Shown here piece by piece: positions 1-8,869 of a DNA stretch of 64,000 bases. Source of the stretch: Geobacteraceae bacterium (lineage in GTDB: Bacteria > Desulfobacterota > Desulfuromonadia > Geobacterales > Geobacteraceae). Under the pieces are notes generated by a model that saw only the letters and a program-made list of their open reading frames with translations, was not told the DNA's origin and made no database searches. Positions within the stretch are counted from its first letter, which is position 1, and each line of letters opens with the position of its first letter. Position numbers and translations under genes: made by a program. The stretch is from NCBI GenBank assembly GCA_036677645.1, contig JAVBWB010000017.1, positions 107,381 to 171,380 of the forward strand, written 5' to 3'.

Positions 1-297
1 GAACGCGCCGCTCCTCTCAACGGCAAGCAGATCCTGGGGCTCCTCCACGATGCATATAACTTTTTCATCCCGATTGCCGGAGCAGATATGGCAGGGATCA
101 TTCTCCGTTATGCCGAAACAGACGGAGCAGAACCTGACACTCTCATGTACTTCCAGCAGACTCCCTGCAAGGTCCTTGCTCATCCGGGGCGACTTAAGAA
201 TGTGAAAAGCCAGCCTGAGCGCGGTTCTGTCGCCAACACCCGGAAGTTTCTTCAACTCGCCGATGAGCCTGGTCATGGATGGGGAAAAATGTATCAT
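1..297 (-). CDS. recR: Recombination protein RecR (partial; C-terminus runs off the window start)
   Basis: Absent from the ORF track because there is no in-window stop. Reverse-complement translation from ATG at 297 gives MIHFSPSMTRLIGELKKLPGVGDRTALRLAFHIL...FCSVCFGITENDPCHICSGNRDEKVICIVEEPQDLLAVERSGAF. This shows the HhH motif, the C4 zinc finger and the start of Toprim. It lies downstream of dnaX-ybaB, the conserved order. Confidence 0.85.
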   Translation of the reverse strand, partial: MIHFSPSMTRLIGELKKLPGVGDRTALRLAFHILKSPRMSKDLAGSLLEVHESVRFCSVCFGITENDPCHICSGNRDEKVICIVEEPQDLLAVERSGAF

Positions 298-487
298 ATC
301 TTTTGAAAAAAATAACGCTTTTTTTATAAAAACTAAAAAACGCGGGGCAAATTTTATATGAAGTAAAAAATTCCTGCATTTTCGTTGAACTTGGAAGTAT
401 AACAGTTTTTTATGGATTGTAAAAGCATAACTGTTACAAACCGGCGTCCTTCTTATTTTCATGGGAACATAACATACGGATCCCTCT

Positions 488-534
488 ACAATTAAGGCCC
501 GTGAACGCATGGGAAAACCATCCATTCACGGGCC
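488..534 (-). terminator. Stem-loop downstream of ybaB (possible terminator)
   Basis: GGCCCGTGAA (496-505) pairs with TTCACGGGCC (525-534), with inner ATGG/CCAT pairing. On the minus strand it is followed by the U-rich UUAAUUGU. It sits about 53 nt after the ybaB stop. Confidence 0.4.
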
Positions 535-587
535 TGTCCGGGAATTCGGCATGTAATGCGAACCGTTTTCCGCGACGCGCCGGAATA

Positions 588-902
588 TCAGAACAACCCC
601 GGGATACTCAAGCCTCCGGTGATCCTTCCCATCTCCTCGGCCACGTCACTCTGGACCTTTTTCAATGCCTCGTTGACCGCAGCCATGACCAGGTCCTGCA
701 GCATTTCAACATCATCCGGGTCCACGGCTTCCTTGCGGATCACCAGCGACACTACCTGGTTCTTGCCGTTCACCACCGCGGTCACGGCGCCGCCGCCCGA
801 CGCCGCTTCAGCCGTCTTCCGGCCCGCCTCTTCCTGCAGCCGGGCCATCTTCTGCTGCATCATCTGGGCCTGTTTCATAATCTGAGCTAAACCCTTGGAC
901 AT
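588..902 (-). CDS. ybaB: Nucleoid-associated protein YbaB/EbfC
   Basis: 104 aa with MQQKMARLQEE...VNGKNQVVSLVI...DDVEMLQDLVMAAVNEALKKV, typical of YbaB. The ATGA overlap with the dnaX stop indicates translational coupling. Confidence 0.9.
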   Translation of the reverse strand: MSKGLAQIMKQAQMMQQKMARLQEEAGRKTAEAASGGGAVTAVVNGKNQVVSLVIRKEAVDPDDVEMLQDLVMAAVNEALKKVQSDVAEEMGRITGGLSIPGLF

Positions 903-2590
903 CAGTCTTCATCCTCCTTTGCGTCCTTATCCTGCCCTAGTTCCAGAACCTCGCCGATTTCCCCGCCGAAAATTTCGAGAGCCGCGCTCACCACCGGGTT
1001 GTTCCGTGCGCCCTCTTCCATTTCCCGCTTGCGCTGGTCCTCTTCGAGGCTTCTCTTCTCCCGCACCGATTGGGGCAGACCCTGGTCGCCGCCGTTCAGG
1101 GAAGTCAGCCTCACCTCCGGAGCGCCTTTCCAGAAATGCCCTGCCAGTTCCTTTACCGACGCAAGGTTTTCCTGGTCCTGCATGCAGCTCAGCTGGAACG
1201 AACCGGCGGGATAGCCGATTTCGACACACTCCGCCGTGAACCGCACCGGCCGGCCATGCTCCAGAAGCGCGCCCAGGCTCTTGCGCCTGGAATTCACGAA
1301 CGCAACGAACCCGGTCCAGCCCCCTTCGCCCGGGTCGGCTTGTACGCTGTTCACCGGCTCGGCACGCACTTCCTGCCGGCGTCCGGACGCCGCGACCGGC
1401 GCCGGCTGCCGCGGAACCACCCGCTGCGTTCCTGCTGGCACCGGGGCCGCACCGCTCTCCAGGCTCTTCAGGCGAGCCAGTAGTCCATCGACCGGGACCA
1501 CGGGAACGAGGGTGCACATCCGCAGCAGGGCCATTTCAAGAATCAGGCGGGAGAACCCGGACACCGCCATCTCGGCTTCCGCCTTCAGCAGGATGGCGAT
1601 GTGCCTCTGCAGGTCATCCAGAGTGGTTGCGCCTGCCTGGGAAAGGAGCGCCTCCATCTCCGACTCGGCAATATCAAGCAGCTCTGACGGGCTTTCACTC
1701 ACCTTTGCTATGGTCAGATTGCGGAAATGATCAATGAGCTCCTGGCAGAAATGCCTGATATTGTAGCCATACGAATCTACTTTCGCGACGGCGTCGAGGG
1801 CCTCCGCGCAATCACGGGCAAAAACCGAGCCCGACGTGTGGAGAAGCAGCCGTCGGTCGACTATGCCGAGGAGGGCAATGACCTCTTCGTCATCAACCGT
1901 TTCCCCGCAAAAGGCAAGGACCTGGTCAAGCGTCGAAAGCGAATCCCGCATGCTGCCGTCCCCCTTGCGGGCGATGGCATTCAGGGCAACATCGCTTATC
2001 GCGACCTTTTCCGCGTCAACGATGTGCCTGAGCCGGTCAACGATCTTCGGCAGCGCTATTCTCTTGAAATCAAACCGCTGGCAGCGCGACAGGATGGTGA
2101 TGGGAACCTTGTGGGGCTCGGTGGTGGCAAAGATGAACTTCACATGGGGCGGCGGCTCCTCCAGCGTCTTCAGCAGGGCGTTGAAGGCATTCGTGGAGAG
2201 CATGTGAACTTCGTCGATGATGAAAATCTTGAAGCGGCACCGGGACGGGAGGTACCTGATGTTCTCCCTCAGTTCCCTGATATCCTCGACACCGGTATTG
2301 GATGCTCCGTCAATTTCGAAGACATCCACGGATGTTCCGGCCGTTATCTCGCCGCAGGACGGGCATTCATTGCACGGCTCGGCCGCAGGTCCGTTTTCGC
2401 ACTGCAGAGCCTTGGCCAGTATGCGCGCTGCGCTGGTCTTGCCCACCCCCCTGGCGCCGGTAAAGAGAAAGGCGTGGGCAACCCTGCCGGAGCCGATGGC
2501 ATTCTGCAGGGTTCGGCAGACATGTTCCTGACCGATCAGGTCGCCGAATGTCTGCGGCCTCCATTTTCTAGCTAGTACGAGGTAAGACAA
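902..2590 (-). CDS. dnaX: DNA polymerase III subunit gamma/tau
   Basis: A TTG at 2590 gives (M)SYLVLARKWRPQTFGDLIGQEHV, which matches the canonical DnaX N-terminus. It also has the Walker A GARGVGKTS, the zinc module CNECPSCGEI and the DEVHML box. The ORF-track extension to 2707 overlaps the SRP RNA and is rejected. Confidence 0.9.
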   Translation of the reverse strand: MSYLVLARKWRPQTFGDLIGQEHVCRTLQNAIGSGRVAHAFLFTGARGVGKTSAARILAKALQCENGPAAEPCNECPSCGEITAGTSVDVFEIDGASNTGVEDIRELRENIRYLPSRCRFKIFIIDEVHMLSTNAFNALLKTLEEPPPHVKFIFATTEPHKVPITILSRCQRFDFKRIALPKIVDRLRHIVDAEKVAISDVALNAIARKGDGSMRDSLSTLDQVLAFCGETVDDEEVIALLGIVDRRLLLHTSGSVFARDCAEALDAVAKVDSYGYNIRHFCQELIDHFRNLTIAKVSESPSELLDIAESEMEALLSQAGATTLDDLQRHIAILLKAEAEMAVSGFSRLILEMALLRMCTLVPVVPVDGLLARLKSLESGAAPVPAGTQRVVPRQPAPVAASGRRQEVRAEPVNSVQADPGEGGWTGFVAFVNSRRKSLGALLEHGRPVRFTAECVEIGYPAGSFQLSCMQDQENLASVKELAGHFWKGAPEVRLTSLNGGDQGLPQSVREKRSLEEDQRKREMEEGARNNPVVSAALEIFGGEIGEVLELGQDKDAKEDED

Positions 2591-2669
2591 GGATTGCTTC
2601 GCCCCATTTATGCGTCCGATGAACGAGTATCGCGAAAAACGGCTTGATGGAAAAGCGGCAGAGACCTTC

Positions 2670-2799
2670 TTACGGGAACGGCTGATAGCTGGGCTGCCCC
2701 GCGGCACACGGGGGCGGTTACTGCCGCTGCTTCCTTCCGGACCTGACGGGGTTCATAACCTTCCGTTGCGCGGGACCCAGCTATCAGCCTTTCCCGTAA
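2670..2799 (-). ncRNA. ffs: Signal recognition particle RNA (small/4.5S type)
   Basis: The minus strand reads ...CCCGCGCAACGGAAGG...GUCAGGUCCGGAAGGAAGCAGCGGCAG...GUGUGCCGCGGGG..., carrying the conserved domain IV motif GUCAGGUCCGGAAGGAAGCAGC. It is closed by a long terminal helix (UUACGGGAACGGCUGAUAGCUGGG pairing with CCCAGCUAUCAGCCUUUCCCGUAA). ffs upstream of dnaX is a known synteny. Confidence 0.85.
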
Positions 2800-2895
2800 A
2801 ACACGAAGCAGGCACACCCCACCCCCCTGCCGCATACCGGCACGGGGCGGAATACTACCTGCCTGTCGAACGAACTGCGCTGATGTGATAAAGAT

Positions 2896-2986
2896 GGCGG
2901 AGAGAGAGGGATTTGAACCCTCGGTACGCTATTAACGCACACACGATTTCCAGTCGTGCTCCTTCAGCCGCTCGGACATCTCTCCG
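2896..2986 (-). tRNA. tRNA-Ser (anticodon GGA)
   Basis: The minus strand reads GGAGAGATGTCCGAGCGGCTGAAGGAGCACGACTGGAAATCGTG...long variable arm...CGAGGGTTCAAATCCCTCTCTCTCCGCCA. It has a 7-bp acceptor stem, anticodon loop CUGGAAA, a class II variable arm and an encoded CCA. Confidence 0.9.
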
Positions 2987-3173
2987 TGAACGCAGAATAT
3001 ATATGAAGCGGCCTCAGCTTGTAAAGATATTTTTTTCCCTCAGCTTCATGCCGTTCCATCCGCCGGGCCCGGCAACGGACCCCTATCTTTTTCCTTTGCC
3101 TATTGAATGCAAAAACCGTATCCTAGGGCAATCGACCACGGCAAAAAAGCCGTCAGGTCGCGCATCCCCGGCA

Positions 3174-3836
3174 ATGAAAGGCATCGTCATGAAAAAACTG
3201 GTTGCTCTGATATTGGGCGTAAGCCTTGCGGCACTAACCATCATCCCAGCCATGGCAGCGGAACCGGCTGCCGGATCCGGAGTTCCGTCCCCGGCAACTG
3301 CGCCGGCGAATACGCCTCCACCCGCGTCAGACCTGCCGCTTTACGGGCCGAGGCTGACCACCGCCCCCCAACCGGGCGTAAGAATAGGCTTTGTCGACAT
3401 GGCCAAGGTAGCCAGCGATTCAGTCCCGGGCAAGGCAGCGACATCCGAAATGAAGACCAGGACAACCAGGCTGCGCAACCAGATGCAGTCCAGGGAAAAA
3501 CAGCTCAGCAAACAGAAAGCTGCCATTGAATCGTCAATCGCATCCCTCAGTCCGGCCCAGCGCGAGGCAAAGGCAAAGGAATTCCAGAAGAAGGTCGCGG
3601 ATTATCAGAAATTCGTGCAGAAAGCCGGCAAGGACATCCAGGCCAGGGAAGGGCAGCTCCTCGGGAACATCTTCACGGCAACCCAGAAAGCAGCGGAGGA
3701 ATACGCAAAGAGCAACGGCTTTGCGGCAGTGATGATCAAGAAGGATATCCTCTTCCTCGGTGAAACCGTTGAAGCCAAAGACCTCACCGACGAGATAATC
3801 AGGCAGCTGAACAAGAAGCCGGCTGCCAAGAAGTAA
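3174..3836 (+). CDS. OmpH/Skp-family periplasmic chaperone
   Basis: Signal peptide MKGIVMKKLVALILGVSLAALTIIPAMA, a Pro/Ala linker, then a coiled-coil Lys/Gln-rich body (VASDSVPGKAA...QREAKAKEFQKKVADYQKFVQKAGKD...) typical of OmpH. The upstream ORF extension overlaps tRNA-Ser and is rejected. Confidence 0.75.
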   Translation: MKGIVMKKLVALILGVSLAALTIIPAMAAEPAAGSGVPSPATAPANTPPPASDLPLYGPRLTTAPQPGVRIGFVDMAKVASDSVPGKAATSEMKTRTTRLRNQMQSREKQLSKQKAAIESSIASLSPAQREAKAKEFQKKVADYQKFVQKAGKDIQAREGQLLGNIFTATQKAAEEYAKSNGFAAVMIKKDILFLGETVEAKDLTDEIIRQLNKKPAAKK

Positions 3837-3884
3837 CCGGCGCGCGATGTGGCGCCGGCCCACCGGGACACCTCCCGCAGTCGG

Positions 3885-4241
3885 TTAGGCGTTTGCGGCT
3901 ATCGTAGCTGACGGAACGACTTTCTCGACTTCGGGAGGCAAGGTGTACTTGACCACGCCATTCTCAATGGAAACCGAGTTGAAGAAATTATAAAAATACA
4001 GGAATTCGCCTTCCTGGATTTCGACCCTGCACTGGATTATTTCCCTGATCGCATCAGCGACGGTCTGCAAGTCGTCGACATCGTCCCTTTCGAGGAACGA
4101 TGCAACCGGAATTTCATAGTTCCCCCCCCTCCTGCCGGCAGCGATCGCATCCCGAACATTATCCAACAGCATCTTGAAGCAGGAATAGGCAGCAGGGTTC
4201 AACTTGATTTCAAACATGGAAAATTTCGCCAGCGTCGTCAT
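3885..4241 (-). CDS. Hypothetical protein (118 aa)
   Basis: Clean ORF with an ATG start and no motif I can name. It contains an internal G8 (C8 on the plus strand, 4122-4129) homopolymer. Confidence 0.5.
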   Translation of the reverse strand: MTTLAKFSMFEIKLNPAAYSCFKMLLDNVRDAIAAGRRGGNYEIPVASFLERDDVDDLQTVADAIREIIQCRVEIQEGEFLYFYNFFNSVSIENGVVKYTLPPEVEKVVPSATIAANA

Positions 4242-4318
4242 GTCAACAACTCCCTCAGAGAAAATTTCGGGCAGTATAGCATTTCGTACGGCAAAGGCAA
4301 TGGGTAATCAGCCCCCCG

Positions 4319-6343
4319 TCAGTCCGGGAATTCCCGCACGATCCGCCTGAATTCCTCCTGGATTTCACAGAACACCGCGACCACCTCGGGATCGAAATGG
4401 GTCCCACTGCTCTGCGCGATGAACGACACTGCTTCCTCATGGGTGAAGGACGGCTTGTAGCGCCGCTTGCTGATCAGGGCGTCATAAACGTCCGCAATGG
4501 CCATTATTCGCCCGAACAGCGGAATCCTGTCGCCGGTGAGGCCCTCCGGGTAGCCGGTTCCGTCCCATTTTTCATGATGCGAATAGGCGATTACCTTCCC
4601 GAATTGCAGGAAGGATCCCCTGATTTCCCTGCCGAAGCGGTGCTCCGCCTTCTGGATCGCTTCCCGTCCGAACAGGGTGTGCTTCTTCATTTCGCGGTAT
4701 TCGTCGGCAGTCAGCCTGGCCGGTTTCAGGAGAATGCTGTCCGGAATGCCCACTTTGCCGATATCGTGCAGGGGGGCAGACCGGTAGAGAAGCTCGATCG
4801 TCTCCTCATCCAGAATCGACGAAAAACGCGGATTACGGGCCAACCGGGTGGCAAGGAGCTTGACGTACTGCTGGCAGCGCAGGATATGACCGCCTGTTTC
4901 ACTGTCCCGCGTCTCGGTCAGGGCAGCCAGGCACTGTATGGTGAAGTTCTGGGTCATCACCAGCTCATTGGTGCGTTCCCTGAGCAGCCCCTCTTCCTGC
5001 AGGTACTTGTGAAAGGTCAGGAAAGTGAAATTGCCCGCAAGCACCATGAGGGGGAACAGCGGAGAAACGAAGACCCCCGTGGAAGAAAGAGCGTAGGTCG
5101 AAGCGAGCCAGATTAAAAAGCCGGAAAGCAGGATCGCGCCCAGACTTACGACCGATCGGGTCCAGCACAGCAGCAGCGCGGACACCATGCCGCAGAAGAG
5201 AACCAGGAGCAGTTCCATGCCGGGAACCCAATCCGGCCGGGAGATGAACTCGCCCCGCAGGAAGTTGTCGACCACGGCGGCATGGATATCCACCCCGAGG
5301 ACACCGGAGGCGACCGGGGTGGTGTGGTATTCGTCAAGACCGGCTGCCGAAGTGCCGAGGAAGACGACCTTGCCGCGAATCCGCTCGTGCGCAACGCGCC
5401 CGTGCAGGACATCCCGGGCGGATATGTGTGCGTACGAAGGAGAGTTACCGCGGAAGCGGACCAGCAGGTTGGCTTTTGAGTCAACCGGTATGGAGATATC
5501 GCCGGCGATGATTGCTTCCAGCCCGCCGGAACCGCATTTCAGCGCAAGCCGTCTGATTCCCCTGGACTGCATGAACGTGGCCAGGGAAAGGCTGGGATAG
5601 AGCCGGCCGTCGTATTCGATCAGGAGCGGTACTCTCCTGAGGACACCGTCCACGTCCGGGATGACATTGAAAAAACCGGCTGAAGGGGCTGCTTCCGCGA
5701 GCGGCTTGATGTTGCAGGTAACGCTTTCCGCCTTGAAAAGCCCCTGAGGCATCGTCTGCAGATTCTTTCCGCCTATCAGCGCAAATTCGGCAGGCCGGAG
5801 CAGGCAGTTTCGTCCGGCCCCTTTTTCCCCGGAAAACACGAAATAGTAGCCCAGAGAGAAAGGCCCCTTGGCCAGCGCTCCGGAAAGAACACTGTCATTG
5901 TCCATCAGGTAATCGGGCAATCCGCGGATTTCCGCCCTGACCCCGAACGCCTCCTGGATTTCCCGTTTCACTTGGGACAGGGACGAGCGGTCCGCCTCGG
6001 GAAACAGCATGTCCAGCCCCACCCCCGACGCGCCCAGCCCCCGGATCCCGTCGACCAGGGCGGCCAGGCGGTACCGGGGCCACGGCCACTGGCCGAACTC
6101 GGCAAGGCTGGCCTCATCGATCTCGACGATGACCGGTTCGGCCGCAACGGACCCGGCTGTCGCGGATGATACGGCCAGCATCTGCGTATCGTATATCTTG
6201 CCGTCCAGGTAGCGGAAGAACGTCGGCTTGAAGATAGTCAACAACGACAGCAGGAGAGTTACTCCCAACCCGGTCAGGAAGACCCACCGTTTCATTTTTC
6301 GGGGTTTCGCGAGTAAGGCCTTACGGGCAGCCTCTAGCGTCAT
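4319..6343 (-). CDS. CHASE2 sensor / HD-GYP domain c-di-GMP phosphodiesterase-type protein
   Basis: N-terminal TM segment followed by a large extracytoplasmic region (FGQWPWPR, typical of CHASE2) and TM segments. The C-terminal HD-GYP has LHDIGKVGIPDSILLKPARLT...HHEKWDGTGYPEGL. Confidence 0.85.
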   Translation of the reverse strand: MTLEAARKALLAKPRKMKRWVFLTGLGVTLLLSLLTIFKPTFFRYLDGKIYDTQMLAVSSATAGSVAAEPVIVEIDEASLAEFGQWPWPRYRLAALVDGIRGLGASGVGLDMLFPEADRSSLSQVKREIQEAFGVRAEIRGLPDYLMDNDSVLSGALAKGPFSLGYYFVFSGEKGAGRNCLLRPAEFALIGGKNLQTMPQGLFKAESVTCNIKPLAEAAPSAGFFNVIPDVDGVLRRVPLLIEYDGRLYPSLSLATFMQSRGIRRLALKCGSGGLEAIIAGDISIPVDSKANLLVRFRGNSPSYAHISARDVLHGRVAHERIRGKVVFLGTSAAGLDEYHTTPVASGVLGVDIHAAVVDNFLRGEFISRPDWVPGMELLLVLFCGMVSALLLCWTRSVVSLGAILLSGFLIWLASTYALSSTGVFVSPLFPLMVLAGNFTFLTFHKYLQEEGLLRERTNELVMTQNFTIQCLAALTETRDSETGGHILRCQQYVKLLATRLARNPRFSSILDEETIELLYRSAPLHDIGKVGIPDSILLKPARLTADEYREMKKHTLFGREAIQKAEHRFGREIRGSFLQFGKVIAYSHHEKWDGTGYPEGLTGDRIPLFGRIMAIADVYDALISKRRYKPSFTHEEAVSFIAQSSGTHFDPEVVAVFCEIQEEFRRIVREFPD

Positions 6344-6454
6344 GATTCACATTTCCTTCCAGTCTACGCGGTATGGGATGTCGAGGGGTTTAGGAATGAA
6401 GAAACCGCGGTCGGAAGCCCAGCCGGTTTTCCTCCGTAATAACCTGAAAAGATA

Positions 6455-7072
6455 TCAGCGGACAATCACCTCGACCCTCCTGTTGCGAGGCTCCGGGACC
6501 CCGTCGGCAGTCGGGATCAGCGGATTCCCTTCACCATGGGAAGTGACTTCAATGCTGGCCGGATCGAACCCTCGTGCAAGCAGGATATCCCTGAGCTTGT
6601 AGGCCCGGTCGGCCGCAAGGGCAAAATTGGCTGAACGTGTGCCGACACGGTCGGTATGACCGACGACACTTATATCCGTCGATCCGCGGGATACGACCGT
6701 GGGGAGGATTTTTGCCAGCAGTTTGAGAGATTCAGGCGTCAGTTCGGTGGAAGCGTTCTTGAAATAAAGCGTGAAATGGACTGGCGCGGTGGGAAGAGCC
6801 GAAACGGCCTCGCCGAAGGTTTCCTTCACCTGTTTGTCATCCATCTTGTAGGGAACGGAGGGGGGAACGTCGACCGATTCGATGGTCGTTGCCTGGCCCG
6901 GTTGGTTGAGGAGCCGTGATCCGCCCTTGTTCGACACCACGATCTGCCCGGTTTTGCCGTCCGCACCGGGAAGAAGGACGATCACAGTTTTGTTCCTGGC
7001 GCATGAAAGCGTGGAGAGTGCCACGATCAGGAACGCCAGACGGGCTAGCTTTACCAGATGGGTATCGTGCAT
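6455..7072 (-). CDS. OmpA-family lipoprotein
   Basis: Lipobox LSTLSCA. The C-terminal OmpA-like domain has VVGHTDRVGTRSANFALAADRAYKLRDILLARG...NRRVEVIV. Confidence 0.8.
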   Translation of the reverse strand: MHDTHLVKLARLAFLIVALSTLSCARNKTVIVLLPGADGKTGQIVVSNKGGSRLLNQPGQATTIESVDVPPSVPYKMDDKQVKETFGEAVSALPTAPVHFTLYFKNASTELTPESLKLLAKILPTVVSRGSTDISVVGHTDRVGTRSANFALAADRAYKLRDILLARGFDPASIEVTSHGEGNPLIPTADGVPEPRNRRVEVIVR

Positions 7073-7155
7073 CAGGCATTTGCTCCGTATTCAGGATAGA
7101 GCGGCGCTGGAAAAGCGGTCAGGATGGCTTTCATGGAGCGGCAGGGGGGGGAATC

Positions 7156-7638
7156 CTAGAGAGATTCTTCGCCGGGTCCTTCGATGCTGACGGCAAACGT
7201 GGTCCCCCGCACGCCGATCGTGGCGACCGGTGTCTCGAAACGTACCGACTCGGGCGATAATTTTCCTATCATTCCTGATACATAGGCTGCAGTGCCCTTG
7301 AGAAGCCTCGTCACGAAGGAGAGTTTTCCCTGGGCGGGAGAAAACAGGAAGTCCTTTACCACCACTTCGCTCGACGGGCCGATGGACACCATGGTGTCAT
7401 CCTTGAAGATCAGCGACAGGGATCCGCCGGCGCCGGTTCTCAGCCTGTCGTTCCGGTACACCCGGTCACCGGCTTTCAGCACGCCGGATTTAGCATCCCT
7501 GACTACCCTGGCTTCGCCCTGCACCGCTTTGATGCTGGCAACGGGCGTTGCATCATCTGCCCGCGACACCAGGGGCCACGCCATTATCACTACCAACAAT
7601 AAACCCGCAATCGCTTTCACAGGGCCTCCCATACTCAC
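7156..7638 (-). CDS. FecR-domain secreted protein
   Basis: Signal peptide followed by the FecR-like beta-rich pattern (VQGEARVVRD...LKAGDRVYRNDRLRTGAGGSLSLIFKDDTMVSIGPSSEVVV). Confidence 0.75.
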   Translation of the reverse strand: MSMGGPVKAIAGLLLVVIMAWPLVSRADDATPVASIKAVQGEARVVRDAKSGVLKAGDRVYRNDRLRTGAGGSLSLIFKDDTMVSIGPSSEVVVKDFLFSPAQGKLSFVTRLLKGTAAYVSGMIGKLSPESVRFETPVATIGVRGTTFAVSIEGPGEESL

Positions 7639-7744
7639 AACACAGGAAAAACTCCCCAGTGGCAGGGACCATACGCAGTTAAATTATACTGCAACCACAC
7701 CTATATATATAGAAAAACCTTGGCGATATCCAGCACAAATTTTA

Positions 7745-7784
7745 ATTTTCCAATAAAGAGAAACTGAAATGCCCTAAGTTTCAG
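7745..7784 (-). terminator. Possible intrinsic terminator after the receiver-like gene
   Basis: On the minus strand CTGAAA...TTTCAG forms a 6-bp stem overlapping the stop codon. It is followed by UUUCUCUUUAUU. Confidence 0.35.
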
Positions 7785-8515
7785 CGTTTGCGAAGATATC
7801 GAAGAAACTCGTCGCTGCTGAGCTCCTTCTTTCTTACCAAGTGTTCGATCTGCCGGCCCATGGCTGACCTCTCACCTTCTTTCATTGACTCCTTGATCAG
7901 GATGAAAAACGGTATGTTCCGGGTCTGGGGATACAGACGGAAGCGGTCCAGCAGCTCGAAAGCGGACATGTCGGAAAGCATCATCGTGGAAAAGGCCAGA
8001 TAGCGCGGCTCAGTGGTAGCGAACGCGATCGCCTCCTTGCCGGTATAGGCTTGAATGACCTGGAAACCCATCGATTCCACCGCCTTGACGACCTGCTCCT
8101 CGCCGCTGCGGGAAATCACCAGGGCCTGCAGATCCCAGTCTTCAGCTTCCGACGTGAGGCCCAGCACCACCAGGCGCTTCGTGAGATACGCCGCATCGAC
8201 CGGGAGCGTGAAAAATCCGGCAGCCGGGAAAACCCCGCCTACCTTGCCCTCCTCGCTGAGAAACACCGGCAGAATGGGTATGTCGCGGGTTTCCGGGTTG
8301 CGCTTGAGATCCAGCAGAATGCCCCAGCCGTCGGAAGAATAGGGGGAAATATCCAGCAGTATTCCCAAGGGACGCTCATCCTTCAGATCATCGAGTTTCG
8401 CCGGCCGGGCACGGTAGCCCCCTTCCTTGAGGTATCGGCAGACCGTCGCCCCGCGGTCGTCGCAACTGTTCAAACCCATGATCCAGAGTTCCCGCTCACT
8501 GAGTGTATCGACCAT
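7781..8515 (-). CDS. Tandem receiver-like (atypical response regulator) protein
   Basis: There are two CheY-like repeats (ILLDISPYSSDGWGILLDLK...IPILPVF and MMLSDMSAFELLDRF...IPFFILI). The N-terminal acidic pair is not evident in either, and there is no output domain. Confidence 0.6.
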   Translation of the reverse strand: MVDTLSERELWIMGLNSCDDRGATVCRYLKEGGYRARPAKLDDLKDERPLGILLDISPYSSDGWGILLDLKRNPETRDIPILPVFLSEEGKVGGVFPAAGFFTLPVDAAYLTKRLVVLGLTSEAEDWDLQALVISRSGEEQVVKAVESMGFQVIQAYTGKEAIAFATTEPRYLAFSTMMLSDMSAFELLDRFRLYPQTRNIPFFILIKESMKEGERSAMGRQIEHLVRKKELSSDEFLRYLRKR

Positions 8516-8869
8516 GATATCCGTTCACCACCCGATCAGGTAATTGGTTTCCATCCGGAAAGGGTCTTTTCCCTGCAGAAACCGCGTCTATGTCAATCCG
8601 GAGTTTCCGAGCGGCTCTAAATCAGCTTTCGATTCCACTTGCTCAGGAGGCAGCCCGAATCGCCACAGACGCATCCGTTCTAAATACCATATTTTGGCCG
8701 GTCCGCAAAGAAATCTTTCATAATAAAGCTCTGTCCTCCCGATTTTCATCGGACCGCATGCTCACCTCCGCCACCAGGTTTCGACCGCTGGGAAACGGCA
8801 ACAAACAGGCTGGATGGGCGAAATTTACCTTGTCTTTTCAAAAAACATCTGTCATATTGTTTTGGTTTA

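Noticed and set aside
902-2590. Programmed -1 frameshift site in dnaX (gamma versus tau)
   Set aside because: I found no A AAA AAG-type slippery heptamer reading the gene on the minus strand, so I make no claim.
2591-2707. N-terminal 39-codon extension of the dnaX ORF (track start at 2707)
   Set aside because: It overlaps the SRP RNA terminal helix. The TTG at 2590 reproduces the canonical DnaX N-terminus (M)SYLVLARKWRPQ.
2913-3173. Upstream extension of the Skp-like ORF
   Set aside because: It overlaps tRNA-Ser on the opposite strand, and the product only becomes protein-like at the signal peptide starting at 3174.
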